Below, piece after piece: positions 52,452 to 61,500 of a stretch of DNA of 63,953 nucleotides. This DNA is from Minisyncoccota bacterium (GTDB lineage Bacteria > Patescibacteriota > Minisyncoccia > Phycocordibacterales > CAINVO01): assembly GCA_028714275.1 (NCBI GenBank), contig JAQTMP010000001.1, positions 1 through 63,953 of the forward strand, in the 5' to 3' direction. The notes beneath the pieces were generated by a model that was not told the origin of the DNA, searched no databases, and worked only from the letters and a program-made list of their open reading frames with translations. Each line of letters begins with the position of its first letter. Position 1 is the stretch's first letter. Made by a program: the position numbers and the translations under genes.

Positions 52452-53666
52452 TTATTTAATATTATTCATCACGGTATACATCGGTGTGATCATTGAAACG
52501 GCAAAAAATCCAACCACCGCTCCAATAATCACCATCAGAAAAGGTTCAATGATAGTGGACATGTCTTTTGTTTTTTGCTCCACCTCATTTTCGTAAAAAA
52601 CAGCCACATTTCCAAGCATTGAGGCTAGTTTTCCTGTCTCCTCTCCTACACTCATCATTTCTGACACAAAGATTGGGTACAGATTGGTTTTTTCAGAAAA
52701 AACTGTCGAGATAGGGTCGCCTTTTTCAACAATTTTTTCGGTCGCTCTGAGAATTTCTTTGTAATATGAATTCTGAAGCACGTCTCCTGTGATCTTGACG
52801 GCCAAGACCATATCCACTCCTGAAGTCAAAAGTGAAGCGAGGGTGCGCGTGGTGCGGGCAGCATTAGTTTCCTTGACCAAAGGACCAATGACAGGAGTGT
52901 GGAGAAAAATATAATCAAAAACCCTCTGCCCCTGAGGGGTTTTTCCGGCAAAATAAAAAAGAGCGGCAACCCCTAACACAAGCATAAGGGCGAGAATATA
53001 ATTATTTTTTAAAAAATCGCTCAAAAAGATGATGAACTTTGTCGAGCTAGGTAAATCAGCCCCTACGTCCTTGAAAGTAGCAGTCAGACTAGGCACTACA
53101 TATACGAGCATCAGAATACCAATCAAAACCATGACTGAGACAATCACCGCAGGGTAAATCATGGCCCCTTTTATTTTTTTCTGAAGGGTATAGTTTTTTT
53201 CCATTTGAGAGGCCACTTCGCGAAGGGCTCCGACCACATTCCCCCCTTCCTCCCCAGCCTTGACCATCGAGACAAAAAGCGTGTTAAAGATATTGGGGTA
53301 GGCTGCCAAGGCCCCGCTAAAAGTCTTACCTGAGCTGATTGAAGCATTAAGCTCTCCTAAAATTTTCTTCAACTTTGTATTGCTTGACTGTCTCTCCATG
53401 ACCGAAAGGGCGCGGGACAAGGCTAGCCCGGCCTCAAGCATACCAGCCAAATTGCGGGCAAAAATTATTTTTTCGTGCTGTTTGATGCCTTTAAAAAAAT
53501 TAAAGGAAAGCTCCAAATGGGCAATCCCCGCCTTCACTTCCTCGACAGACACGAGTGATTCCTCATTTTTTTTCAGCTCGCGAAAAAGGGCTGAGCGATC
53601 CGCCGCTTCCTTTACGGCAGTATAGGTCTGACCTTCTTTGGTGACCGCTGTATATTTAAATTTCAT
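52452..53666 (-). CDS. pilC: Type IV pilus/T2SS platform protein PilC/GspF family
   Basis: Duplicated GspF-type domains. 404 aa, 3 TM segments. Confidence 0.9.
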   Translation of the reverse strand: MKFKYTAVTKEGQTYTAVKEAADRSALFRELKKNEESLVSVEEVKAGIAHLELSFNFFKGIKQHEKIIFARNLAGMLEAGLALSRALSVMERQSSNTKLKKILGELNASISSGKTFSGALAAYPNIFNTLFVSMVKAGEEGGNVVGALREVASQMEKNYTLQKKIKGAMIYPAVIVSVMVLIGILMLVYVVPSLTATFKDVGADLPSSTKFIIFLSDFLKNNYILALMLVLGVAALFYFAGKTPQGQRVFDYIFLHTPVIGPLVKETNAARTTRTLASLLTSGVDMVLAVKITGDVLQNSYYKEILRATEKIVEKGDPISTVFSEKTNLYPIFVSEMMSVGEETGKLASMLGNVAVFYENEVEQKTKDMSTIIEPFLMVIIGAVVGFFAVSMITPMYTVMNNIK

Positions 53667-53712
53667 TGAAATTTTATTAAAATTTTAACTAAAACATGAC
53701 CCGTCGGTTTTG

Positions 53713-55467
53713 TTATTCCGAAATCACCCGCAAAACTTCTTCGATAGTAGTGACTCCTTTGACACATTGATAGATACCATCTTCTATCATAGTAAGCATG
53801 CCTTCACTCCGCGCCTGTTTTTCAATCTCATCTGAGCTAGCCCCGCGAATGATCAACTCCTTGATCGCTGAGCTCACTTTCAACACTTCGTGAATACCTA
53901 CGCGGCCTCCATAGCCGTCTTCCGAATCCGCGCTCGGACGAGGTTTGTAAAAAGGAATCTCTTTCCACTCTGCATTAGCAGCCACAATGTTTTCTTCTTT
54001 CAAAACCTTGAGAACTTTATCCATATCAATCTTCTTACTAACCTGAGCAAGCTCATCTTTTGATAAAAGATATTTGTCTTTTGCGTTAGTCAATCTACGA
54101 ATCAAACGCTGAGCCACAATGACATTGAGAGTCGACACGAGCAAGAAGGGCTCACATTTCATATCTATCAGACGAGGAATGGCACCGGCTGCAGAGTTGG
54201 TGTGCAGTGTCGAAAGCACGAGGTGGCCAGTCAAAGCTGCATTGATGGCGAGTGAAGCCGTCTCATTGTCACGGATTTCCCCCACCATGATGATATCTGG
54301 ATCCTGGCGAACAAGTGAGCGCAGACCTGAAGAAAATGTAAAACCGATTTCGGGTTTGACCTGAGTCTGGTTGACCCGTTTCATTTGATATTCCACAGGA
54401 TCTTCGATGGTCGAAATATTCACATCTGGAGTGTTCAAAATGTCCAGCATGGTGTAGAGAGTGGTGGTTTTTCCGGAGCCGGTGGGACCGGTAGTGAGGA
54501 TCATGCCGGTGGTGAGCTTGGTCGATTCATGCAAAAGTTCAAGTCCTTCACCATGAAAACCCAGACCCTCGAGAGAAAAACCTGAAGCATTTTCTCGCAG
54601 CAAGCGCATGACGGTTTTTTCTCCAAAATAGGTTGGCAGAACAGAGACACGGAAAGAAATTTTTTCCCCGTTTAGATCTATTTTAAAGCGGCCATCCTGA
54701 GGAAGGCGTTTTTCGTCGAGTTTGAGATTGGCCAACACTTTCAAACGCGCCGTAATGCTCGAACCGGCACTTTTTGGCAAAATCATGGCATCGTGCAAAA
54801 TACCATCAATCCGATAACGGACCACCACCTCTGTTTCCATCTGCTCAATGTGAATATCCGAAGCCCCTTGAATGGCGGCGTGCTTGAGGAGCGTGTCCAC
54901 AATACGCACCACTGGCAGATCCTCAGCCAATTTTTTTAAATCGTCTGCGCTTGTCTGATCATCTCCAGAAGAATTTCCTACATTTTTAAGTCCAGCCGCT
55001 TCCTTTTGGATGATATCTCCAAAATCCGCCTTAAGGCTTTTCTGGTATTGAAGTAAGGCTGCCTTGATTGAATCATTGTTGGTAAGTCGAGGAAGAATTT
55101 TTAAACCAGTTTTTTTCTTAATAAAATCAATGGCACTGAGATCCTCGGCGTCTAGCATAGCCACCTCGAGAGTGTCTTTGTGTTTTTTAAAGGCCACGAT
55201 GTTGTGATTGCGGGCAATCGGTTCTGGAATAGTAGACAAGACATCAAAGTCCAATTTTTGATCCGCTAAGTCAATAAAAGGAATGCCGAATAGATACGCT
55301 TGCATGCGGCGGAAATCATCCTCCAAAACTTTTCCCCCGCTCACCAAAATATCCCCTATCGACTGCCCTCGTTTTTTGGCTTCGATTTCCGCCGCGTCAA
55401 TATCCGCTCGACTGACCAGTCCCGAGTCCAGGATAAATTTTTTTAATTGCTCTTCTTCGATGTGCAT
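53713..55467 (-). CDS. pilB: Type IV pilus assembly ATPase PilB/GspE family
   Basis: Walker A TGPTGSGKTTT, Asp box, Walker B IIMVGEIRD and His box LTGHLVLSTLHTN. Confidence 0.95.
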   Translation of the reverse strand: MHIEEEQLKKFILDSGLVSRADIDAAEIEAKKRGQSIGDILVSGGKVLEDDFRRMQAYLFGIPFIDLADQKLDFDVLSTIPEPIARNHNIVAFKKHKDTLEVAMLDAEDLSAIDFIKKKTGLKILPRLTNNDSIKAALLQYQKSLKADFGDIIQKEAAGLKNVGNSSGDDQTSADDLKKLAEDLPVVRIVDTLLKHAAIQGASDIHIEQMETEVVVRYRIDGILHDAMILPKSAGSSITARLKVLANLKLDEKRLPQDGRFKIDLNGEKISFRVSVLPTYFGEKTVMRLLRENASGFSLEGLGFHGEGLELLHESTKLTTGMILTTGPTGSGKTTTLYTMLDILNTPDVNISTIEDPVEYQMKRVNQTQVKPEIGFTFSSGLRSLVRQDPDIIMVGEIRDNETASLAINAALTGHLVLSTLHTNSAAGAIPRLIDMKCEPFLLVSTLNVIVAQRLIRRLTNAKDKYLLSKDELAQVSKKIDMDKVLKVLKEENIVAANAEWKEIPFYKPRPSADSEDGYGGRVGIHEVLKVSSAIKELIIRGASSDEIEKQARSEGMLTMIEDGIYQCVKGVTTIEEVLRVISE

Positions 55468-55530
55468 AAATAGGGTGAAAAAGTATTTTCATATATATTG
55501 TATCAAATTTTTAGGGGCAAGAGAATGAAA

Positions 55531-55640
55531 CTATCAGTCTAAAGTCTCTTTCGGGAGCACGGATAAATCCTTGCTAGGATTTTCCTCGTGCTCGCTCCGT
55601 CGAGCTCGCAAGTCTCCCTCAAGAGACTTTAAACTGATGG
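55531..55640. repeat. Hairpin element family D, copy 2 (20-bp stem with 2 mismatches)
   Basis: Arms are 55531-55550 and 55621-55640. The 3' arm is the last 6 codons of the DGR RT gene (HQFKVS). The core differs from copy 1 by a 1-nt indel. Confidence 0.85.
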
Positions 55641-56620
55641 TTAGCGACCTTTTTCTGCAACTTCCCTGTGTTTCCATGACTTAAAAGCCCTAGATAAGAT
55701 TGGATTACCTCCTTTTTTGTGTCTTTGTGGATATTCCTAAACATCCTTTTCTTGGTGGTGGTCCGTAAAACTCGATGAGTGGGAAAATGTACCCATCCTA
55801 AAAAATCAACGCCTGATGAAAAGGTTTTGAGATAGATTTTATCCGGATGAAGCGAAAGTTTCAGATTTTCGTATAAAAATTGGGAAATTTTTGGAAGAAC
55901 TTTGAGCAATGTGTCTTTATCGTGGTGCATGATCACAAAGTCATCAGCGTAGCGAATATAGTGTTTCTGTTTTAGTTCGTGTTTTACGAACTGATCAAAT
56001 TCGTTCATATAGATATTTACAAGAAGCTGAGAAGTTAGGTTGCCGAGAGGTAACCCCTTACCTTCTCCTATAGACTGAAAGCTATCGATAATTTGGATTA
56101 GCAACCATAAAACGTCCTTATCTTTCAGATACATGTCTAGTATGTCAATTAGTACCTCGTGATCGACAGATGCGAAAAATTTTCTGATATCGCACTTGAG
56201 TATCCAAAGTGTCTTCCTGTTATTCTTGCTCGCCTTGTACCCGTATTTCCTAAACTGCTGCACGGCTTTATGGGTTCCCTTTCCAAACCGACACGAATAC
56301 GAATCTGATATAAATGTCCTGTTAAAGAAAGAATGAAGTTTACGATAAATTGCGTGGTGCAATAGTCTGTCACGAACACTGGCTTTATGAATATTTCTTG
56401 GCTTTGGATCGGATATATTGAACGCTTCATACGGAAGATGAACGTAAGTTTTGTCTTTTAATTCTAGGTGAAGAGCAATGATATTACTCATCAGATTTCT
56501 TTGAAATTCCTGTACATCTTTTCTGCCCTTTTTGCCGTTTATAAACTCCTCCCATGCTTCGAGCAAATTTTCTAGAGAAATGATATCGTTGTAACTACTA
56601 TCAGAAGTAATTAAAGCCAT
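55619..56620 (-). CDS. DGR-type reverse transcriptase
   Basis: RT motifs include YADDFVI and the DGR-diagnostic LPLGNLTSQLLVNIYMNEFD ((I/L)GxxxSQ). The gene is adjacent to avd and a TR/VR pair. Confidence 0.9.
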   Translation of the reverse strand: MALITSDSSYNDIISLENLLEAWEEFINGKKGRKDVQEFQRNLMSNIIALHLELKDKTYVHLPYEAFNISDPKPRNIHKASVRDRLLHHAIYRKLHSFFNRTFISDSYSCRFGKGTHKAVQQFRKYGYKASKNNRKTLWILKCDIRKFFASVDHEVLIDILDMYLKDKDVLWLLIQIIDSFQSIGEGKGLPLGNLTSQLLVNIYMNEFDQFVKHELKQKHYIRYADDFVIMHHDKDTLLKVLPKISQFLYENLKLSLHPDKIYLKTFSSGVDFLGWVHFPTHRVLRTTTKKRMFRNIHKDTKKEVIQSYLGLLSHGNTGKLQKKVANHQFKVS

Positions 56621-56623
56621 TCT

Positions 56624-57028
56624 ATGAAGTCTACCCCCCCCCCGAGAATCCTGCCAGTGTTACAAAAGCTAAAAACTGTGTATATCCAATGGTACGGCTA
56701 TTTACAGACAATTCCGAAGCCTCATCGTCATTCCTTAGGCTTAAGAATTGATACTTTATTTGTTGAGAGCATGGAAGCGATCAGTGTGGCAAGTTTCCTG
56801 CAAAGGAAAGAAAAACTGCCTTGGGTGAAATTGGCTATACGAAAAATTGATACTGCAAAAGTCCTACTTATGGTGCTTTGGGAGACAAAATCATTAGACA
56901 GTAAAAAATATATTGAATTGTCGGTTCAACTGGAAGAAATTGGGAAAATGCTTGGTGGTTGGAATGGACAGATATCATCGAGACTTTTAAAACAAAACTC
57001 TCCTACCATGAAGGCGGGAGAGAAATGA
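56624..57028 (+). CDS. avd: Avd-like four-helix-bundle DGR accessory protein
   Basis: 134 aa with helical heptad-like pattern (YGYLQTIPKPHRHSLGLRIDTLFVESMEAI...EEIGKMLGGW). Its ATG is 3 nt from the divergent RT ATG, and its stop is 5 nt from TR2. Confidence 0.75.
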   Translation: MKSTPPPRILPVLQKLKTVYIQWYGYLQTIPKPHRHSLGLRIDTLFVESMEAISVASFLQRKEKLPWVKLAIRKIDTAKVLLMVLWETKSLDSKKYIELSVQLEEIGKMLGGWNGQISSRLLKQNSPTMKAGEK

Positions 57029-57033
57029 GAGAG

Positions 57034-57165
57034 TTGCGAAGACGGAAGACGATCCGATTGTCGAGATCCCAATGATTGTCGGGATTCGTCCAATTGCCGT
57101 TGAGCCAACGATTGCCGTCATCGTTGCGCTTGACGTTGAACACGTTCGGGTTGCCGTCGGAGTCG
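57034..57165 (-). repeat. DGR template repeat TR2
   Basis: It aligns without gaps to 57568-57699 (offset 534). All 20 mismatches are plus-strand T in TR (A on the coding strand). In the target frame it reads DSDGNPNVFNVKRNDDGNRWLNGNWTNPDNHWDLDNRIVFRLR. Confidence 0.92.
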
Positions 57166-57404
57166 ATTTGTACATGATTTCATCTATTACACCACCCCTA
57201 GAATACTCGCAGGGTTGAATCTTATTTGTGATCTATAATCACTCAAAATCACGCACCAAGTATCTTCATTTTTTTGAAGTGTCTACATACACCACTCTAG
57301 CCGAAACCTTGGTCGCGGATATTCTCGATGCATGGATACTGGATTCGGTAGCGGAAAACCTTGGCCGTCCGCATATTCACCTACTACCGAAATTTATAAT
57401 ATCA

Positions 57405-57440
57405 TAAAATAAAAGCCCCGAGCACGTGATCGTGTCGGGG
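57405..57440 (-). terminator. Rho-independent terminator of DGR target 2
   Basis: Stem ccccgagcacg / cgtgtcgggg (1 bulge), loop tgat, followed on the minus strand by CTTTTATTTTAT. Confidence 0.6.
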
Positions 57441-57551
57441 GGAAGATTTTCTCGTCAGAAATGAATCTGGGCGATAGGTGTATCTTGCCTTAACTTTTTG
57501 CGCCGAAGGACAAAGTTCAAAGGGTCTAAGGAGACCACAGTGGACAAGTCC

Positions 57552-58244
57552 TTAGGGTTTAGCGATCTTGCGAAGACGGAAGACGATCCGAATGCCGAGA
57601 ACCCAACGACGGCCGGGATACGACCAACGGCCGCAGAGCCAACGATGGCCGTCATCGCTGCGCTCGACGCTGAACACGAGCGGGTCGCCGTCGGAGTCGC
57701 TAATGCGTTCCATCGCCATCCAGACGACCTCGCTATTGGGCTGATCCTGATACTGGCGACGGAGTTGCGGCCCGTCTTCAGGAGAGCAAAGTTCGATGAC
57801 GTAGCCATCGAGGCGCTTCGCACTCCACTCGGCGCAGAATTCCTTGGTCATGAACTCGTCCGTGCGCGGATTGGCGGTGAAGCCAAGATCTCGCGGTGTG
57901 AGGTCAATGAGATCAACGTCTTCTTCTTTTTCTGCCACCGAGAACGCGGGTTTGCCCATGATGCCTTTGGCGTAGTCACTGGACTCGTCCTTGACGCTCT
58001 CCGCGAGCTTTTTCTTGGACATACCGCCGACCTTGATGGTTTTCCACGGGGTCAGCGTGCGTTTCTGGATTGGCGAAGAGATCGGGGTCTTGTTTCGATC
58101 CTTAATCGCCACTACCGAGAGCGCGATTGCGGCTTCGGTATTTTCGATGGCCCATTGGACGTCATCGTTTGAGAGGGCTTCGAATCCCTCCTGTTTACTC
58201 ACAATTGCCCCTGCGAGTACGGGGATCTGTTGTTTGGTTGCCAT
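57552..58244 (-). CDS. DGR variable (target) protein 2 with C-terminal CLec-type VR
   Basis: The track ORF runs to 58295. The ATG at 58244 (MATKQQ) is preceded by AGGAG about 10 nt upstream. No signal peptide is visible. GC is elevated. Confidence 0.85.
   Translation of the reverse strand: MATKQQIPVLAGAIVSKQEGFEALSNDDVQWAIENTEAAIALSVVAIKDRNKTPISSPIQKRTLTPWKTIKVGGMSKKKLAESVKDESSDYAKGIMGKPAFSVAEKEEDVDLIDLTPRDLGFTANPRTDEFMTKEFCAEWSAKRLDGYVIELCSPEDGPQLRRQYQDQPNSEVVWMAMERISDSDGDPLVFSVERSDDGHRWLCGRWSYPGRRWVLGIRIVFRLRKIAKP
57568..57699 (-). repeat. DGR variable repeat VR2
   Basis: It encodes DSDGDPLVFSVERSDDGHRWLCGRWSYPGRRWVLGIRIVFRLR. The 24-nt 3' segment (57568-57591) is identical to TR2 (IMH-like). 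Confidence 0.92.
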
Positions 58245-58473
58245 ATATTTATGGCTCCTTTCATTTTTCAGCTTGACTAATGCCGCGAGTTTCAATCTTC
58301 GGTTCTCCTACTGATTGTTTCTCATCGACTAAGGAATCTTTCACCTTTCGTCGCAGCAGGGAGCGGCCTATTTGTAAGCCCCTTTCTGCTGTGACGAATT
58401 TCGCAATGTTTTTTAAAGATCTTAACTGCTGAATATTCTACCATATTTATATGCCCTTTGTCAACGATAGTGT

Positions 58474-58501
58474 TTGACAAATTACATTTACATACTATAT
58501 A
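58474..58501 (+). promoter_or_regulatory. Candidate sigma70-type promoter upstream of nusA (TTGACA - 16 nt - TATATA)
   Basis: Consensus -35 at 58474-58479 and an AT-rich -10 at 58496-58501, about 100 nt upstream of the nusA ATG. Confidence 0.4.
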
Positions 58502-58600
58502 CTATGCTTATTGAAGTTCGCTGTCGGGCGAGCTCGTTTTTTTACCAAAATTTGGCCTATTTTAAGGCTAAAATTAGAAAATTAATCCAACAAACCCAAT

Positions 58601-59758
58601 ATGTTCGACCTTAAAGTCATCCATTCCGTCCTTGATCAGCTCGAGGAAGAGCGTGGCATTCCCAAAGAAAAAGTCATTGAAGCCATAGAATTGGCCCTTG
58701 CAACAGCCTATAAAAAAGAATACGGCAAGCGCGGACAGCTCATCCCGGCGCATTTTGACCTGAATAGTGGCAGTGCCGAGCTCCAACAAGTCAAAGTGGT
58801 AGTGGATGAATCTACCGTGATCATGGGCGAGGAAAGTGTTGAGCACTCAGAAAGTGAAGCTAAAATGTCCGAAAACCCCGACGAAAAACCTCATTTCAAC
58901 CCAGAACAGCATATTCTCATTGAAGACGCCCGAAAAATCAAAAAAGATGTCCAGCTCGGTGAAGAGCTTGTCTTCCCACTAGAAGAAAAGGGTGACTACG
59001 GCCGTATCGCTGCCCAGACAGCCAAACAAGTCATCATCCAAAAGATCCGTGAAGCTGAAAAGGTCTCTGTCCTTGCAGAATATGGCAAACGCGAAGGTGA
59101 AATCGTCACTGGCAGTGTCCAGCGTGCAGAGAGAGGGAATGTCTTTATCGACATGGGTCGCGCTAGCGGTATTCTTCCTTATGAGGAGCAGATCCCTAGC
59201 GAACACTATCGCCAAGGTGAACGTCTCCGCATGTATCTAGCCCGAGTAGAAGAGACTCCTCGGGGTATCTTTCTCAGGCTTTCCCGTGCTCATCCCCAGT
59301 TTTTGGCTGAACTTTTCAAAAGTGAAGTACCTGAAATTGCTTCGGGTGCTGTCGAAATCAAAGCGGTTGCCCGAGAAGCTGGTGCTCGTTCAAAAGTAGC
59401 CGTCTTTTCGTCTGACCCACATATTGATCCGATTGGTTCAATGGTAGGCCAACGCGGTGTCCGAGTTTCGACTGTCATGAGCGAGCTTGGTGGCGAAAAA
59501 ATCGACATCATAGAGTGGTCCGAAGACCCTGCTCGCTTTATCGAGGACGCTCTTTCTCCTGCTAAAATTATTTCCGTCAAACTCAATCCTGAAGAAAAAT
59601 CAGCCACCGTAGAGGTAAATGAAGATCAGCAGTCGCTCGCTATCGGCAAAGGGGGCCAAAATGTCCGCCTTGCAGCCAAGCTCACAGGTTGGAGAATTGA
59701 TATCAAATCCGCAGCTGTTCCAGTCGCAGAAGCAACCCCAACTGAAGAAGAAAAATAA
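58601..59758 (+). CDS. nusA: Transcription termination/antitermination factor NusA
   Basis: The N-terminus, S1 and two KH domains are recognisable (GEIVTGSVQRAERGNVFIDMG; GMVGQRGVRV; AIGKGGQNVRLAAKLTGWRIDI). Confidence 0.93.
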   Translation: MFDLKVIHSVLDQLEEERGIPKEKVIEAIELALATAYKKEYGKRGQLIPAHFDLNSGSAELQQVKVVVDESTVIMGEESVEHSESEAKMSENPDEKPHFNPEQHILIEDARKIKKDVQLGEELVFPLEEKGDYGRIAAQTAKQVIIQKIREAEKVSVLAEYGKREGEIVTGSVQRAERGNVFIDMGRASGILPYEEQIPSEHYRQGERLRMYLARVEETPRGIFLRLSRAHPQFLAELFKSEVPEIASGAVEIKAVAREAGARSKVAVFSSDPHIDPIGSMVGQRGVRVSTVMSELGGEKIDIIEWSEDPARFIEDALSPAKIISVKLNPEEKSATVEVNEDQQSLAIGKGGQNVRLAAKLTGWRIDIKSAAVPVAEATPTEEEK

Positions 59759-59791
59759 TTAAACCGTTTAAAACTTTCAAAAAATAAAAAT

Positions 59792-60325
59792 ATGAGTATG
59801 AATCTATGGCACGACATTGATCCAGGGACTAGCGAAAACATCACGACTATTATTGAGATAAACAAGGGCTCAAAAAATAAGTATGAATTGGATAAAAAAA
59901 CTGGGCTGATCAAGCTCGATCGTGCTATGCACACCGCACAGGATTACCCTTTTGATTATGGCCTTGTTCCTCAAACTCTCTGGGATGATGGAGACCCTCT
60001 CGATGTAGCCGTCCTGACCACGTATCCTCTTTTTCCGGGAGTGATGGTGCACGTCCGACCTGTGGCTATCATGAACATGGTTGATAGTGGAGAATCTGAC
60101 GCCAAAATCATCGCTGTCCCAAATGAAGATCCTCGTTTTGACCACGTCAAGGATGTCACCGATATAAACAAGCACACTCTGAAAGAAATTGAACATTTTT
60201 TTCTTACCTACAAGAAACTCCAGAACAAAGAAGTGACTATTCATGGAATTGAAGGGGCAGATGCCGCTAAAAGAGCTTTCGAAAAATCCTTAAAACTTTA
60301 TCAAGAAAAATATCCAAAGAAATAG
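59792..60325 (+). CDS. ppa: Family I inorganic pyrophosphatase
   Basis: IIEINKGSKNKYELDK...DYPFDYGLVPQTLWDDGDPLDV. Confidence 0.93.
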   Translation: MSMNLWHDIDPGTSENITTIIEINKGSKNKYELDKKTGLIKLDRAMHTAQDYPFDYGLVPQTLWDDGDPLDVAVLTTYPLFPGVMVHVRPVAIMNMVDSGESDAKIIAVPNEDPRFDHVKDVTDINKHTLKEIEHFFLTYKKLQNKEVTIHGIEGADAAKRAFEKSLKLYQEKYPKK

Positions 60326-60326
60326 C

Positions 60327-61445
60327 ATGTCATCTTCACATAAAATTGTAGCGACCAAAGCTCTCCCCGATTCAGAAGTAGAAATAAAGGTTGAAATAGA
60401 GGCCTCAAAGCTTGCCGACCACCGCCTCGAAGCTGTCAAAAACCTCGGAACGCGAGTAAAACTCGATGGTTTTCGTCAGGGGCATATTCCAGAAAAAATC
60501 CTAGTGGATCGTCTTGGTGAAATGACTATCCTTGAAGAAGCCGCTGAGCTTGCTCTCAAAGAGGTCTACGGATCCATCATGGCCGAAGCCAAAATTTCAG
60601 AGACCAAAATCCACCCGATTGGCTCTCCAAAAGTCACTATCACAAAAATCGCAGCCGGCAATCCTCTCGAAGTCACTATCACCACAGCGATAGTGCCGTC
60701 AGTCGTTTTGCCTGATTACAAAAAAATAGCCGGTGAAGTAATGGCCCCAAAAAATGAGACGGCCAAAGAAGAAGAAATCGAAGTATCTGACAAGGAAGTT
60801 GATGATGCCATCGAGGATCTACGCAAGCGAGTAGCCCACAGTGATTTTCATGCAAAACAAGAAAAAGAAAAACCTGCTGAAACCAAATCGGACGATCATG
60901 ACCACAACCACGGAGATCTGCCTCTTCCTGAATTAAATGAAGATTTTATTAAAAAGTTTGGAGATTTTGCCACAATCGAAGCCTTCAAAAAAACTATTCG
61001 TGAAAATATCCTTAAAGAAAAAGAATATAAAGCTAAAGACAAGAAGCGAGTGACTACTATTGAGAAAATAATCGCGGATATGAAGGTAACCCTACCGAAA
61101 ATACTCGTAGAAAGTGAACTCACACGCATGATTTCCCAATTTAAATCAAATATCAAAGACATGGGCATGGACCCTGAAGCTTATCTTGTCCACAGTAAAA
61201 AAACTGAGGCAGACCTGCGCACCGAGTGGAAATCCGAAGCCGAAAAACGCGCCAAAATACAGCTCGCCATGAACCAGATTGCGCTTGAGGAAAAAATCCA
61301 GGCCAGTGAAGAAGAAATTAAAAAGGAAACCGAGCTGCTCCTTTCATCCTATAAGGACGCCGACCCCCTCAATGCTTCTATCTACGTCGAAACTGTCTTG
61401 ACCAATGAAAAGGTCTGGGAATTCTTGGAAAAGCAGAATATGTAA
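60327..61445 (+). CDS. tig: Trigger factor (short form)
   Basis: The N-terminal ribosome-binding region has VKLDGFRQGHIPEKIL. At 372 aa the PPIase domain appears reduced. Confidence 0.75.
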   Translation: MSSSHKIVATKALPDSEVEIKVEIEASKLADHRLEAVKNLGTRVKLDGFRQGHIPEKILVDRLGEMTILEEAAELALKEVYGSIMAEAKISETKIHPIGSPKVTITKIAAGNPLEVTITTAIVPSVVLPDYKKIAGEVMAPKNETAKEEEIEVSDKEVDDAIEDLRKRVAHSDFHAKQEKEKPAETKSDDHDHNHGDLPLPELNEDFIKKFGDFATIEAFKKTIRENILKEKEYKAKDKKRVTTIEKIIADMKVTLPKILVESELTRMISQFKSNIKDMGMDPEAYLVHSKKTEADLRTEWKSEAEKRAKIQLAMNQIALEEKIQASEEEIKKETELLLSSYKDADPLNASIYVETVLTNEKVWEFLEKQNM

Positions 61446-61500
61446 TATAAAGCATAAAAATATGTCTTATACTATATATTGAGAAAAAGGACTACCTAAA

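Larger units (their letters stand above)
55619..58244 (-). mobile_element. DGR cassette 2, complete: target/VR2 - TR2 - (inverted avd) - RT
   Basis: RT, Avd-like ORF, 132-nt TR/VR pair with 20 of 20 mismatches at TR adenines. Confidence 0.9.

Noticed and set aside
55631-55640. CTGATGG in the 3' arm of element D2, and CTGATGC at about 21233, as possible additional hammerhead cores
   Set aside because: The seventh core position is wrong (G or C instead of A), and neither has a following helix II/GAAA arrangement.
58347-58398. 13-bp stem hairpin (ttcgtcgcagcag / ctgctgtgacgaa, 26-nt loop) upstream of DGR target 2
   Set aside because: It is a real inverted repeat but a single copy, without a T-run or any recognisable motif. 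The position, between divergent target 2 and nusA, is compatible with an ordinary regulatory or spacer hairpin, so nothing specific can be claimed.
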